IMG/VR virus record: IMGVR_UViG_3300046323_000419
Location: 36,364 to 100,363 of that record
Origin: a virus
Length of the DNA stretch: 64,000 nt
Strand: one strand, 5' to 3'
This document shows positions 51,560 through 61,286 of the stretch, one piece after another (the first letter of the stretch is position 1; every line of letters begins with the position of its first letter). The notes beneath the pieces were generated by a model, which was not told the DNA's origin, did not search any database, and saw only the letters and a program-made list of their open reading frames with translations. The position numbers were made by a program, and so were the translations under genes.

Positions 51560-52645
51560 TTATATATATTTATAACTTATTCTATCAGGATTGATAGATT
51601 TTAAACTCGATTCTAACCACTTCATTTGGAAGTTTTCTGTACTACAAAAAATATGAATAATAGATTCTTTATCTTCTTCAAATAATAAACTTCTACCACA
51701 TCTTTGTTCTAATGTTTCAGAGTTAGAGTTAATATCTGTAATCAATATAGTGTCTAGACCTTCATATGTCACTCCTGTGCCACCTTTTTTAATAAGACAT
51801 AAACTATTACTACGATACTCTTGAAAGTCTTTTAAAACGTCGTTATTTTTACTCTTTGAATTAAACATTGGTATATTGTAATTCATTCCAACTTTTTCAT
51901 CACCTGTAAATAATATAAATCGTTTATTAGGGTTATTTTCAATCCATTTTTTAACATTTCTAACTAATGATTGACAACTATTTATCATTTTCATTCTAAA
52001 TAAAGCTATCATCATTTTGTCTTTTCCAAATGACTCATCAACTCTTTTAGACATTCTCTGACATTCTTTATAATCTGTTGAATACCATTTCTTTAATCCT
52101 CCAAATTGTACAGATTTAATATCATCTAATTTAAATAAATGAACTTCAATTTTAAAATTATTAACAATACCATCTTTAATTGCATTATCTGTACTATAAT
52201 CTACAATTTGTTGTAAATCTGTTGAAAACTTTAAGTTTAATAAAGTATCTTCACTATATGTACCTGACGCTAATATAACTTTATCATTATTTTTAACAAT
52301 TTTAGATACAATTGGTAAAATATTATCAGGTGGTATAGCGTGAGATTCATCAAACACTATATAATCGTATTTATTATCTTGAATTTTATGTAATGATTTA
52401 AAATTACAATATTCAATTTTAGGATAATATTCTAATTTTTCACATTCATCAACCCAACTATGCATTATATCAATTTGAGGTGTACTTACTAATATACTAA
52501 TATCTAAATCATTGTCAGATATTTCTCTAATTGCAGTAAGTAAAATTCTAGTTTTACCTCCTCTGACAGAAACTAAGATTATTCCTCTAAAATAAGCTTT
52601 TTTAATTTTATCAATTATTATTCTCTGAATTTCATTTCTATTCAT
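51560..52645 (-). CDS. Superfamily 2 helicase (compact)
   Basis: Walker A SVRGGKT, Walker B DESH, SGT, EQRCGR. Confidence 0.85.
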   Translation of the reverse strand: MNRNEIQRIIIDKIKKAYFRGIILVSVRGGKTRILLTAIREISDNDLDISILVSTPQIDIMHSWVDECEKLEYYPKIEYCNFKSLHKIQDNKYDYIVFDESHAIPPDNILPIVSKIVKNNDKVILASGTYSEDTLLNLKFSTDLQQIVDYSTDNAIKDGIVNNFKIEVHLFKLDDIKSVQFGGLKKWYSTDYKECQRMSKRVDESFGKDKMMIALFRMKMINSCQSLVRNVKKWIENNPNKRFILFTGDEKVGMNYNIPMFNSKSKNNDVLKDFQEYRSNSLCLIKKGGTGVTYEGLDTILITDINSNSETLEQRCGRSLLFEEDKESIIHIFCSTENFQMKWLESSLKSINPDRISYKYI

Positions 52646-52670
52646 TCATTGTTTTATTTATTAAAATAAA

Positions 52671-52742
52671 GAGAAAGGTTAAGGAATCGAACCTTAATTC
52701 TCAGCTAGGCTTGGCGTCTTACCATTCAGACCAACAATCTCT
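52671..52742 (-). tRNA. Degenerate tRNA / tRNA-like element
   Basis: Minus strand has D arm GTCT-GAATGGTA-AGAC and perfect T arm TAAGG-TTCGATT-CCTTA, but a shortened anticodon arm (AGC-CTA-GCT) and mismatched acceptor stem. Confidence 0.55.
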
Positions 52743-52750
52743 ATTATTAA

Positions 52751-52957
52751 AAGATACCTTACAGCTTCACTATAAAGTTTGTGGTCACTCATCCACATTA
52801 CACGTTGTTTTAAGGTTTAATTCTGTTACCGGAATACAGCACACGTATTACCTTAGCCGACAAGTGTTTTTAACTTACTCTATTTCGGGTCTACTCTATA
52901 GCCTACCGAGTTATCAGTTACGGGGCTTGTATAGGATCAGGCATTCTGAGGTATCTT
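52751..52957 (-). ncRNA. Unknown structured ncRNA (~205 nt)
   Basis: GC-enriched intergenic island closed by AAGATACCT/AGGTATCTT (+CAG/CTG) stem, with internal stems TAAGGT/ACCTTA, GTGG/CCAC, TCGG/CCGA, AATAC/GTATT; strand inferred from neighbours. Confidence 0.6.
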
Positions 52958-52994
52958 AAATTTGTGCTATTACAATGCCTTTTTCACACTTTTA

Positions 52995-53216
52995 TCATTT
53001 CTTTTTAACTCTTTCTTTAGCTTCTGCAATTCCTCTCTTAAAAGCATCAGATGCAGCTTGATCTTTTCTAGCATTTTCCATTAATATTTGAGAAGTGCTA
53101 AAATTTTTAGCTTGATAACCAGCCTGTTGTTTACTAGAAGCTTCATAAGATAAAGAATCTCTTTTTTTCTCAGCTTGTTCCATTGTAAAACCTTTTTTCT
53201 TTTTTGGTTGTTCCAT
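52995..53216 (-). CDS. Small basic helical protein
   Basis: 73 aa, MEQPKKKK..KKK. Confidence 0.55.
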   Translation of the reverse strand: MEQPKKKKGFTMEQAEKKRDSLSYEASSKQQAGYQAKNFSTSQILMENARKDQAASDAFKRGIAEAKERVKKK

Positions 53217-53242
53217 TTTATAATATATTTAATTATTAATTT

Positions 53243-53461
53243 TTAAAATAAAGATTTAATAAAATCTTCTCTAGCTTTAACAGCTTCTTTTAAAGTTTCA
53301 TATAAACCTACATAAATAGATTTAGTTATTTTACGACTTAAACTTTTATGTGAAACTTGAACTTCAAATTGACCACGTTCTTTATCAAAGTAAATACCTT
53401 TATATCCAGTATTACTTTTTATTGATTTACTATTTTCTATATTTAAATTTATCCAGCACAA
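53243..53461 (-). pseudogene. AP2 DNA-binding domain only; probable HNH-AP2 homing endonuclease remnant
   Basis: NTGYKGIYFDK..FEVQV..YVGLYETLKEAVKARE; no HNH domain; directly behind nrdA. Confidence 0.55.
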
Positions 53462-55134
53462 CTATCACATTCCAATAAAGATTTCCTTAATTGCTGTGCA
53501 GCATTTGTACCATGTTGATAATATAATGTTTTAATTCCAAGTTCAGCAGCTTTATACAATAACGCATTAACTTCTTTATAACCAACCTTTTGATTAATCA
53601 TTAAATTTAATGATTGAGATTGATCTATAAATTGTTGTCTTTGTGCTGCCTGAATCAATATTTCCATTGGAGATATTTCTTGAAATGTTTTAAATACATT
53701 CTTTTGATGTTCATTAAGTTCTGCTAAATGTGATACTGATCCATCATTTTGTGCAATACTATTCCAAACACCTCTATTATTAATACCTAATTCTTCTAAT
53801 AACTTTTCTAAACTAGGATTTTTAATTACATGTTTACCACCTGCAATATCTTTAATATAGTAATTACTAAATATAGGTTCAATACCTTGAGATACTTGAC
53901 CTAGTATAAAAGCAGAAGATGTATTTGGTGCTACAGCATTCATTAAACAATTTCTTCTACCATATCCTTCAAGCATTTTAGGTTCACCATATAATAAAGC
54001 TAATTCTTGAGATGATTTTAAAGTATGTTCTTGAATTTTTTTAAATAATTTTGCATTAATATATTTAGCATCCATTGATTCAAAAGCAATATCATTATTT
54101 TGCAATAAAGTATGATAACCTGTACAACCTACACCAATATCTCTAAAATCATGTGATGAATTATAAGCTTTTTTTAAGAAAAACCATTTATAATTATCTT
54201 CTTTTTTGTCACTATGTTTCCAACTTAATAAAGTTCTTTGATAAATAGTATGTAAACCATCTAATGCTTGAGCAAGAACTTCAACAGCTCTTCCAAATTC
54301 AGGATGATCTATAAAAATTGCATTCATTGCTGCAATATCACAAACAAATGAATATTTATCATCAGAAACCTCTAATATTTCGGTACAAAGATTTGAAGAT
54401 TTGATTGTAAAATTATTATCTCTATACACATCTGGTTTAGCATTATTTACATTATCTTTAAAGAATATATAAGGTAATCCTGTTAAAAATCTAGATTCAT
54501 GAACTTTTAATAATACTTCTCTAGCTTTTTCATCACCATTTGCAGCTTTATCTAAGAAATCTTGACCAATGCAAACCCCATAGTTAATTTTATCTAAAGG
54601 ATTATTATCTCTTTGAATATCTAAAACTTCTAAAATATCAGCATGATCAATATCCCAGTATAGTGCCATATAACCTCTTCTAACACCTTGATTAACTTCT
54701 TTAATAATATCATTAAATCCTCCTGCAAAATATAAAGAACCTGGTGAAGGAATACCACTGTTTGTTATAGAAGCCCCGGCGCCTCTTAAATCCATATATC
54801 CAGAGCAACCTTTACCAACTTTTGTCATTATAGCAGATTCTCCTTTAGCAAAAGCAATTTCACCCATTGAATCTCCAATATGTTGATTACTACAACTAAA
54901 TGGTAATGCACTTTTTCTACCTATACTTGTAATAAATGGTGTCGATAATGCATACATTCCAATATCTAAATATTTTAAAAATTCTTCTTTAAAAGTAGGA
55001 TTTTTTGGTAACACTTCTTGTATTGTAGTTGCTATAATTTCAAATCTAACTTCAGGAGTTTCTCCCGGTAGTAAATAACCACTTTTTCCGTCATTTAAAT
55101 AGGCTGACGAAGCCTGATTTATCCAATTATACAT
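53449..55134 (-). CDS. nrdA: Ribonucleotide reductase class I alpha subunit (short, no ATP cone)
   Basis: PFSCS, SNLCTEI, APNTSS, QFIDQSQSLN, KTLYY, C-terminal CDSCAG. Confidence 0.93.
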   Translation of the reverse strand: MYNWINQASSAYLNDGKSGYLLPGETPEVRFEIIATTIQEVLPKNPTFKEEFLKYLDIGMYALSTPFITSIGRKSALPFSCSNQHIGDSMGEIAFAKGESAIMTKVGKGCSGYMDLRGAGASITNSGIPSPGSLYFAGGFNDIIKEVNQGVRRGYMALYWDIDHADILEVLDIQRDNNPLDKINYGVCIGQDFLDKAANGDEKAREVLLKVHESRFLTGLPYIFFKDNVNNAKPDVYRDNNFTIKSSNLCTEILEVSDDKYSFVCDIAAMNAIFIDHPEFGRAVEVLAQALDGLHTIYQRTLLSWKHSDKKEDNYKWFFLKKAYNSSHDFRDIGVGCTGYHTLLQNNDIAFESMDAKYINAKLFKKIQEHTLKSSQELALLYGEPKMLEGYGRRNCLMNAVAPNTSSAFILGQVSQGIEPIFSNYYIKDIAGGKHVIKNPSLEKLLEELGINNRGVWNSIAQNDGSVSHLAELNEHQKNVFKTFQEISPMEILIQAAQRQQFIDQSQSLNLMINQKVGYKEVNALLYKAAELGIKTLYYQHGTNAAQQLRKSLLECDSCAG

Positions 55135-55139
55135 ATATA

Positions 55140-56156
55140 TTAAAATAAGTCGTTAGTTGTTGCTACGTGTGCGTGTTTATTATAATTTGGTGAAGTTTTA
55201 TGAAAAAAGTCTACATGTATTGTAGAAGCTTGTTCTAATTCAAAAAAATCAAATTTTTCAATATCTTCATCTTTAATATCAAATATTTTATCTATATTTA
55301 ATAATTCTAATGAATAATTAATTCTAAATTTAATATAATTTTTAATTTGTTCAGCTTTTAAATACTCTAAATCTCCATGTTCAAACACCCAATCAACAAT
55401 CCTAGATTCTGATTCATAAGATTTTATCATTGCATTTTTTACAATATTATTGAAATCTTCTGGAAATATTTCAGGATTTTCTTCTTTTAAAAGATTAATA
55501 ATGTATATACCAAATAAGGCATGAATATTTTCTTCTTTTGTAGTATCCATAATAACATTGTCTGTATCTTTTAAATATCCTTTTTCTTTATTAATAACTT
55601 TTAATATAGAAAATAATCCAAATAACGAACTGTTTTCAATTGCTAAAGAAAATAATGTTAAAGCCATTATATGGTCTGTTGAATTACCTTCTTTAATTTT
55701 TAATAAATATTTTTCAAGATATTTAACTCTATCTGCGATACATGCAACATTTTCCAAGTCTTCAAATTCTTCTTGTAAACCAAATACTTCAATAGGTTTT
55801 CTATATCCACGAGCATGACGAACTTCACTTTCCGCAAAACTAACACCAATTGCATCAATTTCAGGTTTTGGAAACATATTATATAAATCTGCCCAAAATC
55901 TTTTAACTTTAATTTCAACTTGTGCAATTGCTAATAAAGCTCTCTTAGCAATCATTTTTTCTTTAAATGACATAAAATTATTAAAGTCATTCTTATCTGC
56001 AGAAAAATCCCATTTATTTACAAACCACATTGTTTTATTAATTGATAATAAAAATGTTTCTAATTCTGGATATTCTTCAGGTAAAACACTTGTTCGTTTA
56101 ACCAACAAACTTCTTTTTAACATATTATTATTTAAATTATTATTATTTATTTCCAT
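55140..56156 (-). CDS. nrdB: Ribonucleotide reductase class I beta subunit
   Basis: Di-metal ligands AQVE, ESEVRHARGY, IENSSLF, KEENIH; C-term DFF..Y. Confidence 0.92.
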   Translation of the reverse strand: MEINNNNLNNNMLKRSLLVKRTSVLPEEYPELETFLLSINKTMWFVNKWDFSADKNDFNNFMSFKEKMIAKRALLAIAQVEIKVKRFWADLYNMFPKPEIDAIGVSFAESEVRHARGYRKPIEVFGLQEEFEDLENVACIADRVKYLEKYLLKIKEGNSTDHIMALTLFSLAIENSSLFGLFSILKVINKEKGYLKDTDNVIMDTTKEENIHALFGIYIINLLKEENPEIFPEDFNNIVKNAMIKSYESESRIVDWVFEHGDLEYLKAEQIKNYIKFRINYSLELLNIDKIFDIKDEDIEKFDFFELEQASTIHVDFFHKTSPNYNKHAHVATTNDLF

Positions 56157-56731
56157 ACTTTCCCCCCAACTTCTGTTAGTATTAGTACTTCATTATGAGG
56201 ATTAACGTAATCCCCTAACTCTTGGTTACTATCTAAAATAACCCCCAACTCCTTTTGCAACCTCTCTTTTAGTTTTATATCTTTGTAAAGTATTTGTTTT
56301 ATTTTTAGTAGAAAGTTTACACCTGCAGAATTACCAGAATATACTTCCGCCCAAAATCTTAAAATTAATTGTTTAGCGTCATCTCCAAATTTAGAGTATT
56401 GACTATTTAATAAACAATTATATTCATTAAGATATTCTTCTGGGAATTTAAATATATATACTACTTTATCATCTATATCAATATGTTTTACAAATAATTC
56501 ATTATTTGTAAGTTTATGCTCATATTTAGTGAATTCAGGATTTTTAAAATTGAATTCGTGTAATATAAATATACAATTTTCATATTCATTATTTTCGTCA
56601 AATAAATATGTATTGATAAGATATGGTAAAAATTTGATATTTAAATCTAGTACTTCTGATAATAATGGTAATAAGTAAGTCTTCGATTTATTGAAACGAA
56701 GCTTCTTTGTGTTTTCTATTTCTCTACTCAT
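56147..56731 (-). CDS. Conserved hypothetical protein of crAss-like replication module
   Basis: KTYLLPLL, YIFKFPEEY..SQYSK, E..LGV..QEL. Confidence 0.55.
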   Translation of the reverse strand: MSREIENTKKLRFNKSKTYLLPLLSEVLDLNIKFLPYLINTYLFDENNEYENCIFILHEFNFKNPEFTKYEHKLTNNELFVKHIDIDDKVVYIFKFPEEYLNEYNCLLNSQYSKFGDDAKQLILRFWAEVYSGNSAGVNFLLKIKQILYKDIKLKERLQKELGVILDSNQELGDYVNPHNEVLILTEVGGKVWK

Positions 56732-56735
56732 TAAT

Positions 56736-57143
56736 TTATTCTTCTTTCTGTTTATTATAAAAGTTAATAAATCTTAATACTGCATTATATACAGATTCTA
56801 TTTTATTATCTAAAACAACAGTATCATAATAATGTGGTGAATTTGGAATTGGTTTATCAGGTCTAAAATTAGTTGATTGTATTGTACAACTATTTGAACT
56901 AATATAAATTCCAAATCTTCCGTGATATGGATATTTTATAGATTCAATTTTTTCAACAACTGGTATTAATATATTCCAATCTGAATGATAATTAAATTCT
57001 CTTAAAGATGCTTCCCAATTACATTCAGAATACCACGGTAAGTTAACTCTATCTTTAGATTTATTTATTAAATACTTATCACCGTGTTTAGGATGTATTG
57101 ACCATCCCATAAATTCTGCAATAATTCTATTATTTTCTTCCAT
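56736..57143 (-). CDS. Hypothetical phage protein
   Basis: NNRIIAEFMGW..YHSDWNILIPVVEKIE..AVLRFI. Confidence 0.6.
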   Translation of the reverse strand: MEENNRIIAEFMGWSIHPKHGDKYLINKSKDRVNLPWYSECNWEASLREFNYHSDWNILIPVVEKIESIKYPYHGRFGIYISSNSCTIQSTNFRPDKPIPNSPHYYDTVVLDNKIESVYNAVLRFINFYNKQKEE

Positions 57144-58178
57144 TTAATTTACTTCTATAAAATCATCATTTAATATTAAACTTCCATTATTTTCATAAAC
57201 TTCTTGACTGAAATCATAAAGTTTATTTTTCCAATGGTAATAAATTAAGTCTAAATTTTCATCTAATCCTTTATATTTATAACCTGCTTTTGTTGTAAAA
57301 CCATTAATTGCAGCATTATGCCATTTATCACTTATTTCAAATACGTGAGGAACTTTTTCACCTCTACCTATGAATATGAATTTAAATGGTGCTAATGTAT
57401 AACCAACTAATCCTAATTGTTCACAAATACTATCAAATGCTTTTGAATAAACTGCTTCTTGAAAATAATAACAATATTTTATAAAACTTTTTGTGAATTC
57501 ATCAGCTCTTGATGAACCAGTTTTAATATCTTCCATATAAACAATTTTATTTGTATGATCAATTGACATTTTATCAATTATACCTCTTAAATGAAATCCC
57601 TTATATCCATATTCAAATTTATATTGATAATGATTTTCAAAATTATTATTAAATAGATGATAAGTATGTTTATGATTTAATAATAAACCTACACATTCTT
57701 CAGCATCTTGTGATTCTTTTTGAGTAACTACAATTTTATTCTTTGTTTCAAGTTTAATTTTAATATAATCCCAAAATTCAGGTTTATCAAAATTAGATAT
57801 TAACTTATCTTCAGTTTTAATATTGCTCCAAAATCCATTATGTTTTACAATTTTTAAAACTGTATTTACATTGGGAACTTTATCATAATTATCTATAATA
57901 ATATCGCATAATACACCTAATGTAGCAGTTGGTTTATTATCATCATAAATTACATATAATTCTTTACATAGATTATTATTTGTAATTTTATCTACCAATA
58001 AATCATCCACATAAGAACCAAATCTTAGACCATCTCCTTCTGGGTTTGATGGTCTAATTAATGCTTTTGGTCCATTCCTATCGAAGTCACTAATTCTGCT
58101 ATAACTTAGCTTTAAGTCTATAACTTCTTCGTTATTGAGTAATTGTTCTAACCTGTTCGTTTCTTTTTTCTCTTTCAT
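57144..58178 (-). CDS. PD-(D/E)XK exonuclease (RecE/ExoVIII-like)
   Basis: LSYS, FGSYVD, RGIIDK..EDIKTG, Y.FQEAVY. Confidence 0.8.
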   Translation of the reverse strand: MKEKKETNRLEQLLNNEEVIDLKLSYSRISDFDRNGPKALIRPSNPEGDGLRFGSYVDDLLVDKITNNNLCKELYVIYDDNKPTATLGVLCDIIIDNYDKVPNVNTVLKIVKHNGFWSNIKTEDKLISNFDKPEFWDYIKIKLETKNKIVVTQKESQDAEECVGLLLNHKHTYHLFNNNFENHYQYKFEYGYKGFHLRGIIDKMSIDHTNKIVYMEDIKTGSSRADEFTKSFIKYCYYFQEAVYSKAFDSICEQLGLVGYTLAPFKFIFIGRGEKVPHVFEISDKWHNAAINGFTTKAGYKYKGLDENLDLIYYHWKNKLYDFSQEVYENNGSLILNDDFIEVN

Positions 58179-58422
58179 TTACAATTATTAGTTCTATTAC
58201 TAAATTCATTAGTTCGTTAGAATGTTTTAATTGATATTTTAAATCATTATCATCTTCATCAAATGATAATCTCCATTCAATATCTTCAATAATTTTATCC
58301 AAATATATCCTAGCTGATGTGTAATCTTCTAATATTAAATATGTTTGTAATTTAATACATTCTTTATCGTTTACTGCAAAACAACATAATCCACTAATTT
58401 TTTGTAATAGTTCTTTTTTCAT
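58132..58422 (-). CDS. Hypothetical protein
   Basis: 96 aa ORF in operon. Confidence 0.45.
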   Translation of the reverse strand: MKKELLQKISGLCCFAVNDKECIKLQTYLILEDYTSARIYLDKIIEDIEWRLSFDEDDNDLKYQLKHSNELMNLVIELIIVNEREKRNEQVRTITQ

Positions 58423-58432
58423 TTTTATTTAA

Positions 58433-58876
58433 TTAAATTATTTTTATATATACTCCAGGATCATCTTTATTTACACTATAAAATCCTTGTCCTATTTTCA
58501 ACGCAAAAGGTATTGCACAATCCATGTTATCGTCGATAATAATATCATGTGCAGTTAGTAAATCTAAACTAATCTGCACGATATTATGGAAATCAAATTT
58601 TCGTTTTGAATCTCTAACAAAGTGAAACCCTATTTGTAATGGTAGTTTTTTACCTTCAATTTGTTTTAAAAAATCTTCTCTTAATTCTTCAATTAGATTA
58701 GGTCTATTAACATAACCTTTCACTATCTTTTTACTTGATGAATAAGATTGTATTCCTAAACTATTTAAATATCTTTTAACAGTTATAGATGCAAAACTTC
58801 CTTTAGTCGTATTTATACGAGAATTTTTTGAACTTGGAACATTTCCAGGTATAAAGATTAATTCATTTTCTACCAT
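58433..58876 (-). CDS. RusA-like Holliday junction resolvase
   Basis: IPGNVPSSKNS, RKFDFHN..DLL..IIDDN, PGVYIKI. Confidence 0.7.
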   Translation of the reverse strand: MVENELIFIPGNVPSSKNSRINTTKGSFASITVKRYLNSLGIQSYSSSKKIVKGYVNRPNLIEELREDFLKQIEGKKLPLQIGFHFVRDSKRKFDFHNIVQISLDLLTAHDIIIDDNMDCAIPFALKIGQGFYSVNKDDPGVYIKII

Positions 58877-59574
58877 ATTACACTATTAAATTGTGGATAA
58901 TTTTTCTCCATATATTCATCCAATTCTGTAAATATTGTAGAATAACTCATTAACATTGGATATGGATTTATAATTACTTTATTTTTACTTTCGTCAATAT
59001 ATTCACGTAAATCTAAATTATCTCCTGTTAAAAACAGATACACAATATTCTTTTTTCTTTTATTAATTTCTTGAATTACATTACGAATAAAATTTTTCCA
59101 AATAATTGTATAATCTTTATCTTTTTCAGTACACATCGAACAATTTAAAAACAACATATCATTATCACAATAATCATCAAGACTATTATCAAAATTAGTT
59201 ATACTATGCTGATTACCATATATTGTTTCATAAATACAATCTCTAAACTGTCTTAATTCTAAAGGTAAATTTTCAATTAAAATAGATTTATCTATTATTC
59301 CTCTACCTATACCTGAAGATCTAACATCTTTAGCGGGTCTATTATCAATTATTACAATTTTTACATCCTTAAAAGAGCATTTTTTAAAAGAATTAAATAA
59401 TCTACTTTTTATAGGATAAACTTTCTTATCGGATAAATAAATTTGTTCTATAAAATCATTCAGATGATTTGAATATTCAAGAGATGTTAAATTGCATAAA
59501 ATAGTTGACCACTCAAAACCTATTTCATTTGTCCAATTATAAGATGTTTTATTTTTAGAAGAGGTTATCATCAA
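58870..59574 (-). CDS. Uracil-DNA glycosylase-like protein, catalytically degenerate
   Basis: Family-1 UDG scaffold (VYP..LFNSF..KDVKIVII, MLFLNCSM, W..F) but GQDPY replaced by DNRPA and HPSP by YPML. Confidence 0.65.
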   Translation of the reverse strand: MMITSSKNKTSYNWTNEIGFEWSTILCNLTSLEYSNHLNDFIEQIYLSDKKVYPIKSRLFNSFKKCSFKDVKIVIIDNRPAKDVRSSGIGRGIIDKSILIENLPLELRQFRDCIYETIYGNQHSITNFDNSLDDYCDNDMLFLNCSMCTEKDKDYTIIWKNFIRNVIQEINKRKKNIVYLFLTGDNLDLREYIDESKNKVIINPYPMLMSYSTIFTELDEYMEKNYPQFNSVIW

Positions 59575-61285
59575 CTTGTATTTTAAAGTTATCTATTTGA
59601 TTTATTATTTTAGAAGTATCTATATCTTTGTAATAAACCTGATTATCAAAACTTACAGTATTAATACCAACTTTAGTACTTTGCCATAGATTTATCAATT
59701 CATTAGTTTCTTTAGAAGTATAAATAAATTTTGGCAAAGAGCATTCAATGAAACTATCTAAATCAATATTTTTTTTAACCTCTTGGTAATTTAACCAATT
59801 AATATTATTTGGTGCAGGTATTTCAGATTCAGTACCTAAAATATTACCTTTTAAAATCTGTTTTTCACAATAATTTTTTCTTTTATCGATATAATTATAC
59901 ATTAAATCTCTAAATTGACTTTTGTATGGAATATTGTGAATATCAATTTGATTAGATAAAACAGAAAATAAATCAAATTGATTTAAAAAGCTTTTATTTT
60001 TTAAAATAGAATCTTGATGTTTTATTGTAAAATTAACTATTAAACTATTCATAAATATAAATGGAAATATTTTATTTATATCATATGTAGGAGTATGAAT
60101 TCTAAATTCTATAGTCTGTTTATTACCAAATATCAAAGGGATTATATTATATAGAAAATAACGATATTTTATATTCCATTTTTGATTACCATTTGGGTCT
60201 GCTGGATGACTTAAAACATTACTAAGGTCATTATTAACTGATTTAAAGTCTTGACCCATTGATAAGTATTTATATAATATTCCAAAATTATCGTCTATAT
60301 TATTAGAATTAATAATGGGATCTAATTGAGATAAAATTTCAAATGTTGGTAATGGTGCAGAATAATTTTTATTTTTAATATGATAATTATACTTTTTATA
60401 TAAAGGAAACATTTGAAACATTTCATCTTGTATTTTCATACCTACTTTAAAAAACGCTAATATAAATTCCTTTGTTCTTGGAATATTACCTAAATGTAAA
60501 TGTAATGAACAAGTTTCGTCATTATATTCAGTTCTTTCACTTAATATTTTAAGAATATCAGAAGTACATTGTAACCCTTTTTCACCTTGCATAGGAACAG
60601 TAACATATTCAATACCTGATATAGAACCGTCTCTTAAGGGAATTAATCCATATTTATCAAGAATTCTATTTGGGATAAAACCTTTAGTTGTTTCAAATTC
60701 TAAACCAAATGATAAATTTTTTAATAAAGGTGCATAATTTTTAATAGTTTTAGAAATTTCAGGATTATAATTTTCATTATAATTTTTTAAATTATTTCCA
60801 ATAATTCCCTTAGAGTCATAAGGTAAACTATATTTGTAATCTTTACTTGGAAATATTATTGCATTAAGTTTACACGATGAAAGTTTTGATATATGATAAA
60901 AATTTCCAGTAGATAACTGTTCTCGGTATTCTTTATTATTTTTAAAAATTTCTGGGTTGAATAAATAATATTTATTATGATTTTTATCTGTAATTATTGA
61001 ATATTTTAAATTACTATTAAAATAACCTAAAATTAAATTATCATCTATTATATCAACAACTCCTTTAATCAATGTATTATCTAAAATAACATATTGTTTT
61101 ACACTATAGTTATAAATAACTAAACCTGTTTCTTCTCGAAAACATTTCCCATTAATTAAATAACAATCTCCTGAATTTTGAATATTTATATCTCCTAGTT
61201 TATAATAAAATTTATTAAATTTTCTACATTGAGAAATGGGTAACTCTTCTCCTTTTATTGTAATTACTTTTTTTTCAGCACTCAT
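59555..61285 (-). CDS. Putative amidoligase (COOH-NH2 ligase superfamily)
   Basis: FGLEFET, RDGSISGIEYV, CSLHLHLG, TIEFRIH; start placed at MSAEKK. Confidence 0.82.
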   Translation of the reverse strand: MSAEKKVITIKGEELPISQCRKFNKFYYKLGDINIQNSGDCYLINGKCFREETGLVIYNYSVKQYVILDNTLIKGVVDIIDDNLILGYFNSNLKYSIITDKNHNKYYLFNPEIFKNNKEYREQLSTGNFYHISKLSSCKLNAIIFPSKDYKYSLPYDSKGIIGNNLKNYNENYNPEISKTIKNYAPLLKNLSFGLEFETTKGFIPNRILDKYGLIPLRDGSISGIEYVTVPMQGEKGLQCTSDILKILSERTEYNDETCSLHLHLGNIPRTKEFILAFFKVGMKIQDEMFQMFPLYKKYNYHIKNKNYSAPLPTFEILSQLDPIINSNNIDDNFGILYKYLSMGQDFKSVNNDLSNVLSHPADPNGNQKWNIKYRYFLYNIIPLIFGNKQTIEFRIHTPTYDINKIFPFIFMNSLIVNFTIKHQDSILKNKSFLNQFDLFSVLSNQIDIHNIPYKSQFRDLMYNYIDKRKNYCEKQILKGNILGTESEIPAPNNINWLNYQEVKKNIDLDSFIECSLPKFIYTSKETNELINLWQSTKVGINTVSFDNQVYYKDIDTSKIINQIDNFKIQVDDNLF

Positions 61286-61286
61286 T

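Noticed and set aside
52600-52670. tRNA-associated theta/HDV-like ribozyme downstream of the tRNA-like element
   Set aside because: The 3' flank is only about 25 nt of AT-rich sequence before the helicase start; no GC-rich nested pseudoknot is possible.
52711-52959. 82-aa + strand ORF
   Set aside because: TTG start, opposite to all neighbours, and it coincides with the structured RNA and tRNA-like element.
56255-56285. Additional TATCTTTG box as a promoter
   Set aside because: No TAGG at the 19-nt spacing, and it is antisense within a minus-strand gene.
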